A DNA stretch of 64,000 nt from Podarcis pityusensis (taxonomy: Eukaryota), in assembly GCA_964106645.2 (NCBI GenBank), contig OZ067052.1, one strand, 5' to 3'. A model generated the notes under the pieces. The model did no database searches and was not told where the DNA came from. It saw nothing but the letters and a program-made list of their open reading frames with translations. Positions 1 through 12,276 of this stretch are shown here, piece after piece. A program made the position numbers and the translations under genes. The stretch's first letter is position 1, and every line of letters begins with the position of its first letter.

Positions 1-371
1 GCTGGGTATCCAAGGTGCCAGGTTTGTGTGCAGAATGTCCCAGGTTAAAAGACTGGGAAGGACTCCCTGCCTGAGACCTTAAAGAGCCACGGCTGCCGGT
101 CAGCGTATACAGCAGTGAGCTAAGCAGACCCAGTGGTCTGACTCTGTATAAAGCAACTTCCTTTGCTCTAAAGGATGCAGCCCTAGATGTGGCTGAGTCA
201 CATCTGTGTGACTTTGACAGAGACGGGGCTTCCTGCTTTCCCCCCGATCAGCGTAAGGGGTTTTGGAACAAGGTGCCCAGGAATATATATATGCCATTTA
301 TTAGGAGCCACACACTTCATTTCTGATTGAGGTCCTTATTAGCACCACTGGAAAACAAACACTCTGTGTCG

Positions 372-490
372 GTCTCCCCCACCTGGCATCCCTCCTGATG
401 TTTTGGACTACAACCCCCATCAGTGTTGGATGGGACTGATTGGCGTTGTAGTCCAAAAACTTGTTAGGGTTTCAAGGTTGGGAGAGACTA
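372..490. mobile_element. Degenerate palindromic hAT-type MITE
   Basis: Inverted arms ttttggactacaac / gttgtagtccaaaa, the same family as 18629-18766. Confidence 0.7.
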
Positions 491-539
491 CTCTCCATTC
501 TCTGAGCTAGCAGGAGTTCCTTTGCAAGAGAGTCTAGAG

Positions 540-675
540 CCGTGGTTCCCAAACTTTTTCAGGGCCCCAAGCCCTTGGTTCTAAAACTCATTCTCAGGAA
601 CCCCTACCCTATAAAAAGCATCATTCAGAATTTGCGCAACCCACTAAGGAAGATAATAACACAATGAAATTCACT
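540..675 (+). mobile_element. hAT-like non-autonomous DNA transposon, left end
   Basis: Starts C(C/A)GTGGTTCCCAAAC and shares ccctaccctataaaaagcat with the copies at about 6605-6870 and 60023-60347. Confidence 0.7.
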
Positions 676-758
676 AAAGAATATCACGTGAAAAATATTT
701 TTTACGCATCCTTACAAAAACATTTATAGCGTGAAATATTACTATATAATATTAATAT

Positions 759-1180
759 AGTACATTTCCGAGCACAATTCAAAGTGTTGGTGCTGATCTT
801 TAAAGCCCTAAACGGCCTCGGTCCAGTATATCTGAAGGAGCGTCTCCACCCCCATCGTTCTGCCCGGACACTGAGGTCCAGTGCCGAGGGCCTTTTGGCG
901 GTTCCCTCCGTGCGAGAAATGAAGTTACAGGGAACCAGGCAGAGGGCCTTCTCAGTAGTGGCACCCGCCCTGTGGAACGCTCTCCCACCAGATGTCAAAG
1001 AGAAAAACAACCAGCAGACTTTTAGAAGACATCTGAAGGCAGCCCTATTTAGGAAAGCTTTCAATGTTTGATGCATTACTGTATTTTAATATTTTGTTGG
1101 AAGCTGCCCAGAGTGGCTGGGGAAGCCCAGCTAGATGGGTGGGGTATAAATAAGAAATTATTATTATTATTATTATTATT
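759..1180 (+). mobile_element. L2-clade LINE 3' end
   Basis: ORF2 C-terminus FKVLVLIFKALNGLGPVYL...RAFSVVAPALWNALP...FRRHLKAALF, then a 3'UTR and (ATT)n tail. Shorter copies at about 6880-7000, 8685-8810, 21260-21380, 29045-29150, 31925-32200, 39805-39870 and 62283-62457. Confidence 0.88.
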
Positions 1181-1334
1181 CACCAAAAGAGCATGAAGCT
1201 CCACCTACCACAGACGTACGGTAACTAAGGCATAGGAAAATTACCAATCATTGGCCATCTTGTGATAACTCAGAATTGTAAATACAGACCAATGCGGCTA
1301 AAAGAAATAGCAGTAAAACTCTCAGTGTAAAGCT

Positions 1335-1520
1335 GCTCACTAGCTACAATGGCTCTGCTCAGCCTCCACAGTCAGAGGCAGCAATGCTTCTGGATTCCAC
1401 TTGCTGGAGATTACAGGAGAGGATCCTGCCTCCTGGTTCCCTACAGGCAGCTGTTCAGCCCCTGCGAGAACAGGATGCTGGGCCATTGGCCTGATCCAGC
1501 AGGCTCTTCTTATGTTCTTA
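1335..1520 (+). mobile_element. CR1 (long-3'UTR family) 3' fragment
   Basis: Ends ggcctgatccagcaggctcttcttatgttctta. This family has many decayed copies across the window. Confidence 0.75.
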
Positions 1521-1716
1521 GAGTTTTGCCCCTGGCAAAGACCTTATCCTGTGGGGCTTGTGTTTGTTGCAGTCCTAGAAGCTTCATCTGCCCCTCTCCG
1601 TCCATTGCCACCTCCCCTTTCTCAGCAAGAAGGAGGGTGTTCCCTTTGGATCCCCCCAATCGCCCCTCTGTCGGGTACTGTCTTGTAAGGGGATCTTCCT
1701 GTTGTTGTCTCTGCAG

Positions 1717-1827
1717 AGGAGGAAGTTGGATGCAGTCTACTACTACATGCGCAGCCTTGCGGCCAGCAACCCCATCCTCACTGCCAAGGAGAGCCTCATG
1801 AGCCTCTTCGAGGAGACCAAGCGGAAG
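1717..1827 (+). CDS. SMG6: SMG6 coding exon A (RRKLDAVYYYMRSLAASNPILTAKESLMSLFEETKRK)
   Basis: Translation matches vertebrate SMG6/EST1A as I recall it. Acceptor ctctgcag|, donor AAG|gtaagg, 111 nt, phase 0/0. Confidence 0.97.
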
Positions 1828-1930
1828 GTAAGGGGTGGGGTGAGGGCTGCGGACCCCTTTCCTCGCCCCCAGCCTCCCTCTCTGCCCAGGAGCACCCACC
1901 CTGACACGGCGCCTCTCCCTCCCTGTGCAG

Positions 1931-2125
1931 GTGGAGCAGGTGGAGCAGAAGAAGAGCCCCAGCCGGCAGAGCAAAGGCAAGAAGTCGGCCTTCCGGCCTT
2001 CTGGGGATGATGCCACCCGCCTGGAGCTCTGGATCCACCCCTCGCACCCCCACGCCAGCCAGGGCCATGAGTCCGGGCGGGACTCAGAGCAGGACAACGG
2101 CCTTGGCAGCCTCAGCCCCAGCGAT
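1931..2125 (+). CDS. SMG6: SMG6 coding exon B (VEQVEQKK...DDATRLELWIHPSH...NGLGSLSPSD)
   Basis: Follows a 103-nt intron. Acceptor tgtgcag|, donor GAT|gtgagt, 195 nt, phase 0/0. Contains the SMG6 motif RLE(L/I)WIHPSH. Confidence 0.95.
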
Positions 2126-2994
2126 GTGAGTACCGTCCGTGCAGCTGAAATCCATGTAGCGTCATGTAAAGAGTGTTGCCCCTTGTGGAATTGGTTTGGT
2201 TATTGCATTTATGCCTCGCCTTTTCCTCCCAGGAGCTCCCAGGATTCCCCGCCCTGCTTGTTAAATCCCCGCAACAACCCCATGAGGTGGGTTACCCTGA
2301 GGGACTTGGGCTGAGCTTTGTGGCTGAGTGGGGACTTGAACCCTGGTCTCTCCCAGGCCCTCATCCTCTGGCACTCTCACCGCTGCACCACACGACTTCC
2401 CCGGATGGGTAGATGAGTGTGTATACATACGTGTACAAGTCGGCCAAGAGGAGCTTCTGTTGCCGGGCTTCCTCTGGCCGCTGGATGGCGCTGCTCTTCT
2501 TGCTATGCAGGACAGGCTGACATGTTGCCGGGGCGGGGGGGCAACCCTCTTCCCCTGAGATGCTCTGCTCTGTGCCGCTCACAGGGGAACTGGAGCCAGC
2601 AGAACCCAGAGGCAGTCTGTCTGTGGCAGGGGTGTTCCTGGCCACTTCTGCCTTCCCACCCACCCCCGTCCCGAGCTGCCTTGGGAGAATGTCTTGCTTA
2701 GCACGTGGGGACAAGGCCTGGCCTCCACTCTCACATGCCCAAAGTCACGCAGGTGCTCTGGTCCCCGCTGGGGCAGGAGGGGCTCCAAGGTGCGGAGGAG
2801 GCAGGCTGACCACAGGATTAGGCCAACCCCAGTCGACTGGGACACGTACGGTCTTCAGGCACTCTTATTCCGACCCGCCCCCCCCAGCTCAGAATAACTT
2901 CCTTTGCTAAAGGTGTTTCTTCCTGATAAATGTTTGAGGTGGCTCACAGCACAGAGAAGCATTTAACATACAATTCAGTAGCAATAATAACCAC

Positions 2995-3207
2995 AGCAGT
3001 GTTGGACCAGGACCTGGGAGAGACCCGGGTTCAAATCAGCCCTCTGTCATGAAGCTCACCGGGTGACCTTGGAAGACAGTCGCTCAGTTTCAGTCTGACC
3101 TCACAGGGTGGTTGTGTGAATAAAATGGGAGGTGGGAAGGAGAACTGTATGACCCCCTTGAGCTCCTTGGAGGAAAGAAGGTGGGATGTAAATATAAATG
3201 AAATAAA
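2995..3207 (+). mobile_element. Squam3-like tRNA/CORE SINE
   Basis: B-box ggttcaaatc, CORE-like cctcacagggtggttgtg and an A-rich tail. Other copies at about 2190-2395(-), 12020-12225(-), 22660-22790(-), 38110-38320(-), 44600-44745(-) and 46398-46610(+). Confidence 0.75.
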
Positions 3208-6188
3208 GAATGAGGATACAACTTGCAGTGATGGATGGAGGGTGGTTTTTTGGTGGGGAGTACCTTGCCCCTTCCAGCCTTTGGAACGACAGTGTTAATT
3301 AAGCAATGGGCTGCGCTGGCATTTTGGGTGCTGCTTTGTTGTGGGTGCTTTGGTCTGAGAGATCTGGGGCCTTGCCAATATGTTGCCCTATTCCAAGGAA
3401 GCATCTGGGCAGAAGCAAAGGGGCAGGTTGGCAGGAAGGGGGCAAGCAGAGGGTCACGGGAGGCACATTGGCTGAGCTGGGCAAGAAGACGCGTTAGTGG
3501 CTCCTATTCCAAGTCAAACTAGCTCAGTGTCACCTACACGGACTGGCAGCAGGGTTTCAGGCATTTCCCAGCCTTTCTTGGAGATGCTGCCAAGGATTGA
3601 GCCGGGGACCTTCTGCATGCCCGGCAGGTGCTCTCTGCCCCTGACCTCTATCCCTTCTTCTGCCAATGGCAGAGCGCAGCTGCCTCCTGCCGGGCCCATC
3701 AGTGTCACACAGGAGTCGGTGCTCAACTGTCACTTTAGGCCTTTCGCCCGTTGGGCTCATGGAGGTTCCCTGGGGTGCCTGGCTTTCATAGAACAATAGA
3801 ATTGTAGTGTAGGAAGGTACCATTTGGGGCCATCTAGTCCAGCCCCCTGCAATGCAGGAATCTCAGCTAAAAAATCCCTGACAGATGGCCAGCAAAGCTC
3901 TGCTTAAAAACCACCAAGCAAGGAGAGTCGAACACCTCCCAAGGGGAGTCCCTTCCACACTCGAACAGCTCTTTCTTCATAGCACTGGAGCCCGACCTCA
4001 GGCGGGGGGACTCCCCTTCACCCCCCCCACCTGCCTAGACTTGCGCGTTCCTGGGATCCCACTGACTCGGGGTCACCCTGTGGGTGCCCTGCCGGCAGGG
4101 ACAGCGCTGTGCTTTTGGCCTGCTGTGCCAGGCCTGCAGAGAGCAGTTGCCGAAAGCCCTGGAGGTTGACTCAGCGAGCGCTGGGGGTTCCCCCCTCCTT
4201 TCTGTTTGCGAAGCAGGTTCCCAGGCAAGAGAGAGAGAGAGGCTCCTCTCCCCCCCCCCGCCTCCTTCGCTGGTGCCGTGACGGGCAACCCAGAGGGCTG
4301 CTGTATGTGCTTCATCTCTATCTCTCTCTCTCTCTCTCCCCCTCTTCCTCTTCGAGCTCCTTTGACCCGGTCACCAAAACCACCCCTCAGCTTTTATTTT
4401 TACGCCCGGCCCATTTTTGTTTCGAGCCCTGAGGTTTGGTCTCTTTCCTCTAACGGAGAGAGAAGTTCTCCGAGGAGGAAGCCGCGGGTGCCAGGCTGCA
4501 GTTGGGCTGGTTAGACGCGGAAACCACATGCCCGGCCCCCGCGGGCTTGGGGACGTGACTCTCGGCACGCAGCGCCTTGCGCTGGAGGCAGCGCCTGGCT
4601 CACCCCCGTCCCCTTCCGCCTCCCAGCCACCAGCTGCACCCACCCCTCCTCCCTGGTGCTCTGCGTCTCGGGAGCAAAACAGGCTTTTGGGGAAACTGTC
4701 CCACTGAGCGCCACTCCTGCTCCCTGCTGGGGCTGAGCTCCTTGCTGCCTGCTTCAGGGCAGCCTTGCGTGGAGCCTGCCCCCCTTCCCCTTCCTTCCGG
4801 CCCCACTTGACCTTTCGCTGCCACCCACAAGGAGGCCGGGGTGAGGTGAAGCGAGAGTTTCCAGGCACGCGAAGGCCAAAAAAAGAGAAAAGAGGCTCAG
4901 CGTCTTAATTTTAAAAGCGAGGAGAGAAGGCAGGTTGCTGTGACTACTGGGGAGCTGGTTGGCTGGAGAAGTGGGCCGCTGGGCATGGCAGGAGGGTGCC
5001 AGGCTCCCTTGACCCAGGAGAGGACCAGGCAGGATCCCATTCTGCAGAGGCCCTCAGCTCCAAGGGCTGTGCAGGCATTTGCAGCCACTTGCATTGTGGT
5101 TGTGTTGTGGTTGTGTGTGTGTAAACTGAGAAACTGTCCCATTTTTGTGCCCTGGTTGTTGGCTTATATTTTCTCGTTTCTTCTCTGCATCAACTTGTGG
5201 GGAGTACTCTGTAGATCACAGAATCCCTCCCTTCTGTAGCCACAGCCACTCAGGATCCTCCCCCTTCCCTCTCTGGCTTCTAAATCCATTCCATCCCTCA
5301 GTGTTCCCCACATGCACCCCAGTTTAATCAGTAATCATCAGGACTAGGAGCCTATTTTTTCTTTTGAAAGAAGGAACCAAGAGGTTTAGGATGTTGAATT
5401 CTAGGGCCAGTAGCAGGTTGCTCTGCTTAATGTGGAAGTGCTACAGTTTGATTTTTTTAAAGTGAGTAACTAAATCACGATACATTGGTTTTATTAATTT
5501 ATGTATTAAAAGATATGCACCCCGCCCTTCATCACAGGATAATCAGGATGGGTGACAATAAATGCACAATATTCTGATTTCCCCCCAAAACATCATTTGT
5601 GAAAATTGGCTTGGAATTCCAAGTGGGAAGAACACAGTGGCTGTTGCCTCTGGTTCCCCATTCCCCATGGGGGCATCTGCTTGGCCACTGTCAGAACAGG
5701 ATGCTGGGTAAGAGGGCCTGATCCGGCTGCTGCTCCAGGCCTCTCCTGATGTTTGTGAGCATTCAGGAGGTTGGCGGAAGCGCTGCTCTCCTGGCCCACC
5801 CATTTCCCAAGGGAGGCCTGATGCCTGCTCTGGGAAAGGGTGTCTGGAGGGGGCTGACAAACACGTCTCTCCGCTGAGCCCGGCTGGGTTTGTCCCTGGG
5901 TGCATCTGCTCCCTTCGCTCCTCCTTGTTACTTTTTTTTTTTTAGCAGCCACCCAAACTGCCCCCCACCGTGACATCCGTGGCGCTGCTTCCTCCCCTCC
6001 CGCATCCGGTCCCCTGGCAAAGAAACAAGCCTTGTCCTTCCGCTGCCCCGCGCTGGTTCCGCCGACCCTTCTCTGCTCCGCAGATGCGTCGCGGCTGCCG
6101 AGGGGAAAGTTTGCCTCCTCGCTTGATAAAGAACAGATACCAGAGTGCTGCTTCCAAACCTGAAGTAACCATTCTTAACTGGAAGCAG

Positions 6189-6241
6189 CCTCTCCTCCTC
6201 CTCCTCCTCCTCCTCCTCCTCCTCCTCCTCCTCCTCCTCCT
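6189..6241. repeat. (CTC)n microsatellite
   Basis: About 17 perfect units. Confidence 0.95.
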
Positions 6242-9200
6242 AATCCCAGCCCTACCGGAGCAGCTGTGCTGGAATCCTGCCCTTATTTGGTGCCTGCCCT
6301 CATTCCCACCAGGGATCCTGGGGCTCAGGTGCCGAGCGCAGAGCCCCAGCCCCCCGGATCAGGGCCAGATGGATCGGTGCTCAGAGCCGGGGCTGTTGCT
6401 GCTGGTGGTTCCTCGACACAATAGCTGTGCTCTGCCTCCCCTGTGGGAGACACAAACACCTCCATATTCCTCTTCCTGGGAGTCGCAGGCAAGGAGAGTG
6501 TTGCTGATTCACTCGGGTCCTACTTGCTAATCAGAGGATGTTGTGTTCGATGGTCCCCTTTGCGGGGACCTGCCTCTTCCTAGGTTCCTGTAAAGGATTA
6601 GGCTGGTGGTTCCCGATGGGGGGGGGGCTTCTGCCCCCTTGGTTCCATAAGCTCAAGGCCCCCTACCCTACCCCGTAAGAAGCATTATTCAGAATAGTGA
6701 CATGCACAACACACTCAGGAAGATAATTACACAATAAAATTCAAAGCAGTAACAATTGCTTGCGCATTTTTTTAAAATCCAATTACAGCTAGCTAGTTTA
6801 ATTATTATTTCAACAAAACTGATGAACCTAATCTTGTGAAAGCAGCCTTTCGAAGTCTGATAACCATTTAGCTATTGGGAGTTTTTAATGTTTGAAGTTT
6901 TACTGTGTTTTTGTATTTTGTTGGAAGCCACCCAGAATGGCTGGGGCCAACCCAGTCAGGTGGACAGGCTATATAGTTAATAAAATTATTCCTGTTATTA
7001 GCAAGAGTTTTAGATACCACATTCAGGAGCGACTTCACCGTTTGGTAAATTCGTAATGTGATGGCTGACCTTGTGTCCTTATGTCCTTCCTATAGATATG
7101 GCATTGCTTTTATTCATATTGCCTGCTTTGGGCGCTTCCCCACCCCCAGAATCAGAGTTACTTAGAAAAGGAGCTCGTGGTGCTCTTGTCACCATCAGTC
7201 ACACTCAAGATTGTACAAACCTCCCCTAATCAGCTTTCCCTGGGAAGTTTTGCTGCGGGGCGGCACCCAAGTGTTTCAGATCGAAACGTGTGAGCGGGTG
7301 AACGATCTTCAGCCTTATCGTTGTGTCTTTATTTGTATGCTGCTTTCCCATGACGGAGCCACGCACAAGCAGCTCATGAGAACGCACAGATTTGAAATAA
7401 AACAAGATTCCAAGATAATGCATTAACAGTTGCAAAGCGGAGCGCAATGTAAACAAAAAGCCACACGAATATCCAGGCCTGGGCTCAGCCGAGCTGCCCC
7501 TCCGTACACCCCGCCCAAACAACAAGTGCCGCCCGTGACCTCTTCCTCACTGAGGACTAGTCTGCTTTGGTGTGTTCTGTATGGGGTAGCAGGAGATGGG
7601 GGAACCCCCTCTGCATAAATGGGTTGTTGAGGCAATGAGAAAGGGCAGCCACTGGGCTGTCTTCTTTGCTCTTTGTGTTTTGTGGAGGGGGGCACAGGGG
7701 GCGCATTTCTCATCCCTCCGCCGCTTTGGGGAAGTGCATGTGTGCCCCCCCTCCTCCCCCTCGCCTCGCGCAGCCGCCGCAACCAGCAGGTGGTGCCACT
7801 TCCTCTCCCGAGGGCTCCGTTTCCCTCTGGCTGTGAGAAGCAGGAGGTTCCCAGGGGGGGCCCTGCCGGCAGGTGAGTCACGCCAAGAGCACAACCACGC
7901 AGAGAGTCATTTGGAGAGCAGCCGCTGGCCTGCCCTTGAACCTTCCCACCGGCCTCTTCCCAGGGCTGAGCTCATCGGGGTCACGCGGGAGGCAGGAGGC
8001 AGGCACGCACGCTCAGAGGGAGCTGGATAGGGGCTTTCCTTGCCCTTCTGTTCCCACCACCACCACCATCATCATCACAACATTTATATTCTGCTTTTCC
8101 TCCAAGCAGCTCAGGGTGGTGTGTGCGATTCTCCCCCACTAGCATGGGAATATCAGAAGAGCCTGGCTGTGGGATTAGGTCAGTGGCCCACAGACCCCAG
8201 CCTCCTCTTCTCGCAGGGGGAGCCCCCAAGCACGACCCCACACCAGGAGCCCTCTCCCCTCCTGCAGTTTTCAGCAACTGCTGTCCGGAAGCCTCATGGC
8301 TGGTTGCCATCGATAGCCCTCTCTTGCGTGAATCTGTCCAATCCTCTCTTAAAAGCATCCAAGTCTGTGGCCATCGCCACTGCGTCCTGCAGCAGAGAGG
8401 ACTTCCTTCTATCTCTCCTGAATCTTCCAACATTCCGCTTTGTTGGATGTCCACAAGTTCTCATGTTATCCTCTCAACAACCCTGTGAGGCAGGCTGGGC
8501 TGAGAGAGAGGCAGTGACTCAGCCAGGGAACTTCAGGAGGGCTGAGCGTCAGGGGATTTTGGCCCCTGGCCCCTCCCAGATCCTAGCTGAGCACCCTAAC
8601 CCAGGGGGTAGCCAACCTGGTGCCCTCCAGGTGTTTAGGACTGCAGCTCAGCCAGAACAGCCAGCATCCAGGAGTGATGAGGAGTTAATAATAATAATAA
8701 TAATAATAATACCACCTCACCCATCTGGCTGGATTACCCCAGCCACTCTGGGAAGCTTCCAACACATAAAAAAACATAATAAAGCATCAAACCTTGAAAG
8801 CTTACCAATGCAGTAGTCCTGAACCCACCTGCTCTGACCACTGCTCTGCACTGCTTCTCTTCCATTCTTCCCAGGTTGCACCCCAACTATCTGAGGCTTC
8901 ATCTATATTAAATGTACATCCCCTTCCTTTCCCCCAAAGCACTCGGGGCAATGGACACCTGTCCCCCACGTTTCTCCTTGCAACCACCCCTGTAAGGTAG
9001 GCCTGGCCAAAGGAGAAAGCTGGTGGATGGCTTGAGGTCACTCAAGGAGTTTTGTGGCCAGATGAGGGATTCGAACTCGGGTCTTCCCCGCAAGGAGCCG
9101 CATTGACAGGACTTGCATGCTCTGTGTGTGTCCCTCCCTACTGGAGGAATTGGTTGGGTCCGACCCCCTGCCACCATGCTTCGGGCATTGCATGGCAGCC

Positions 9201-9437
9201 TGCTTGCAAAATTGAGGAGGGGCAGGATATGGGATTCCTGGGCCAGTTACTGTCTTGGAAATGGATTTGTGCCACAGTTGGGTCAGTACAGGAGAGTTGG
9301 CAAAGCAAAGGGGGGTTGGTGGTGGTAGAATATGTCAAAAACAGGGGAAAAGCCACCTTGATTCTCTCTGTCTGGCAGCGTTTCCTCCATGTGCAGTTTG
9401 CTGTCGTTCCAGTGAATGTATTGGTTTTAATACAATG

Positions 9438-9583
9438 CTCTGTTTAGTTCAGTTGGTAGAGCATGAGACTCTTAAATCTCAGGGTTGTGGGTTTGAGCCC
9501 CACGTTGGGCAAAGGATTCCTGCATTGCCAGGGGCTGGACTAGATGTGCCTCGGGTCCCTTCCAACTCTACCATTCTGTGATT
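9438..9583 (+). mobile_element. tRNA-Lys(CTT)-head / CR1-tail short retroposon
   Basis: Near-complete tRNA-Lys(CTT) sequence joined directly to a CR1 3' terminus (...ggactagatg...cccttccaactcta...ttctgtgatt). Confidence 0.75.
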
Positions 9584-10407
9584 GCACCTCCCATTCAGCC
9601 TAAGAATGACCTTCACCTCAGGCCAACCCTGTAGGATGCCCTCCAGCAAACTGTAGTTCCCAGGATGCTTTGGGGGAAGCCGTGACTGTTCAAGTGGTTT
9701 AATAATGCTTTACGGAGATGGTGTGAATCACAGGAGGGGGAGAGTTGTCGTTGCCCAGGCCCCACCCTCAGGCTTCCCTTTGGGGTATCTGGAAGGCCAC
9801 TGGGAAGGCTGGACTGGATGGGCCCCCTTTGGCCTGCTCTAGCCAGGCTCTTAGGAAGCCCTATTGTGAAAGCAGAACCTCCATCCATGCCCAGGGACAG
9901 TCTGCCTCGGAAAACCAGAGGATGGGGACAACTGGAGAGTTGCTGCTGTTGGGCTCAGGTCCTGCTTTGGCCACTGAGGACAGGTTGCTGGACTGGCCTG
10001 ACCCAGCTTCAAGGCTCTTCTTAGGTCCTTGCGTGTTGCCCTCGCATTCCCCTCTGGAAAGTGGCGGTAGGTGGGCACCCCTGGGATTTCTTGCACACAT
10101 GCTCCTGTCGCTTGCAGAGAATCTTATCCGCCAGCAGAGGGTGCCGTGGGCCTAGCACGGCTCCCCCCCTCAAAAAATGCAGCTGTCTGGCACTTGCCCT
10201 CACGCTTGGAGGGCCGGGGCACAGACATTTGGTTCCCATCTGCCGCCCCTCCACCCCCCTCTGCACATCCCAGGCCAGGTTATCCTGTCACCCGGGACTC
10301 TGGGCTCGTTCACAGGAAAAGGGAGCGTTCGAATTGTTTTCTCATCTTCTTCAACATCATCTTTTCTCTCTCTCTCTCTCTGCTTTCCCCCCCTCTTTCC
10401 CATGCAG

Positions 10408-10469
10408 CTGAACAAAAGGTTCGTCCTGAGTTTTCTCCATGCCCATGGGAAGCTGTTTACCAGGATTGG
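10408..10469 (+). CDS. SMG6: SMG6 coding exon C (LNKRFVLSFLHAHGKLFTRIG)
   Basis: Long pyrimidine tract then catgcag|, donor TGG|gtaagg, 62 nt, phase 0/2. Confidence 0.96.
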
Positions 10470-10934
10470 GTAAGGCTGCAGGATGTTTGTTTTATTTTTC
10501 CTACATTACGAGGCCTTTTGGAATTCCAATATTGTTAGCAACTGGGCTTGTGTTTGGAGCGGAGGGCACAGGGTGTGAAGCCGCCTCCTCCTCCTCCCTC
10601 CCCCTCCCAGGCCGGCTCTGGAGGGTGGGGCGGGGGGGGCGAGGGAGAGGGTCAGCACTCCGGCCGGGGCTGGGGCTGGGAGCGCCACCGCAGCAGTGAC
10701 ACAGCTCTGGCCCTCCTCGTCCAGCACAGCAGCTGCCCTCCTTTATCAGAACAAATTCGTCCCCAGCCAAGTCCATTTGTGCCATTTTCCCGCTGCCGCC
10801 CGGAGCTCAGGGCTAGACTGCCTCTGCCTGTGGAGGTTCTGTTTAGCATTGAGGTCTGATGCCCCCCGATCCAAATCGTGTCCTCCAGGGATTGGCTCCT
10901 GACAAACTGAGGCAGATTGTCAGAGAAATGCCAA

Positions 10935-11262
10935 GCAGAGGAAAGGAAGTCCCTCTTAGTGCAGCGCAGAGTTAAACTGTGGAACTCCCTCCCACATGAG
11001 GCCATGATGGCCAACAGCTTGGGTGGCTTTTTAAAGGGGTTAGGCAAATTCATGGAGGAGGAGGCGGCTATCGAGGGCTTTGCTCTGCCTCCACAGCTGG
11101 AGATGGGGATGCTTCTGAGTCTCTGTTGCTGGGATCCGCAGGAGGGGAGGCTGCTGCCCTTGTGCTTCAATCCTGCTTGCGGCTTTCCCAGGGGAACACC
11201 TAGTTGGCCTCTGTGAGAAGAGGACGCTGGACCAGAAGGGCCCTGATCCACCAGGCTCTTCT
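10935..11262 (+). mobile_element. CR1 (long-3'UTR family) ORF2 end and 3'UTR
   Basis: Encodes RVKLWNSLPHEAMMANSLGGFLKGLGKFME. Similar copies at about 15455-15735(-), 34876-35123, 45638-45885, 53445-53995, 56470-56800 and 58950-59306. Confidence 0.8.
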
Positions 11263-12276
11263 GCTGTGTGCTTTATCTTGTCCATCTAGCCCAGCATGTT
11301 CCACTCTGACTGGCAGAGCCTCCCCAGGATCTCTGGCAGAGAAGCGTCTTTCTCCCCCATCTTCACTTGCTACCGAATTCTGGGTAGCAAGCCTGGGGAT
11401 TGAACCTCCCCCATGCCAAGCAGTCATCCTGCTGTCCCCAGCCAGCATTTGGCTCCCAGGTTTTCCCTTGGGTGGCCGTTGCTTCTTGGGTGACGGCAGA
11501 GGAGTTGGTGTTGCCCCTCTTGGGAAGCCTCCCTGGGTGCGAGGAAGAAGGAGCCTCCCATAAGGATGCCCAAGAAGTCAGCTCCAGTCTGTGCCCTCTC
11601 GGACTTCCACCATCCCTGACCACTGGCCATGCTGGCTGCTGGGTCTGCTGGGAGTTGGAGTCCAAGCAACGGCCGCAGGGCCACGGGTTCACGTCAGCTC
11701 CCGCAAGGGCCGAGTTTGAGTTGGCTTCGTTACTGGGCGACCTGCAGAGCTCCCTCTGCTGTGAATCTGAGTGCAGGTGCTCATGTTTCCTGTGACAAAA
11801 CAACGGAAGCGATTTCACTCACTGAGACACACACACACACACACACTTTCCAGTGGTAACCACGTGTAGGGTCAAAGTGGTAATTTCTCTTCACCAAAGT
11901 ACTTTGTCTCCTTATGCTCGGCAAATCTCGACAGCAGCCCCGTAAAGTAGGCCAGTGTTGCTGAGAAAGAGCGGCTTTTCTCAGTCCCACACAGCCTCCC
12001 CTGCTTGCCCCACACCCCATTATTATTATTTATTAGATTTATATTCCACCCTGCCGCCAAGGAGCTCAAGGTGGCGTACATGGTTCTTCTCCCCATTTTA
12101 TCAACAGCCCTGCAAGGTAGGCTAGGCTGAGAGGCAGTGACTGGCCCAAGGCCACCCAGGGCGTTTCGTGGCTGAGTGGGGACTGGAACCTTGGTCTCTC
12201 TAGTCTTAATTCGACACCTCTCCACATCTCCACAACAGCTGGCTTTCTAGCAGATTCTGCCGTTATCTTTCATCCC

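Noticed and set aside
5970-6530. ORF with a poly-Leu signal-peptide-like run
   Set aside because: The run is the (CTC)n microsatellite.
9438-9510. Functional tRNA-Lys(CTT) gene
   Set aside because: Broken acceptor stem, an extra base in the anticodon loop, a mutated B-box (ggtttga) and fusion to a CR1 tail.
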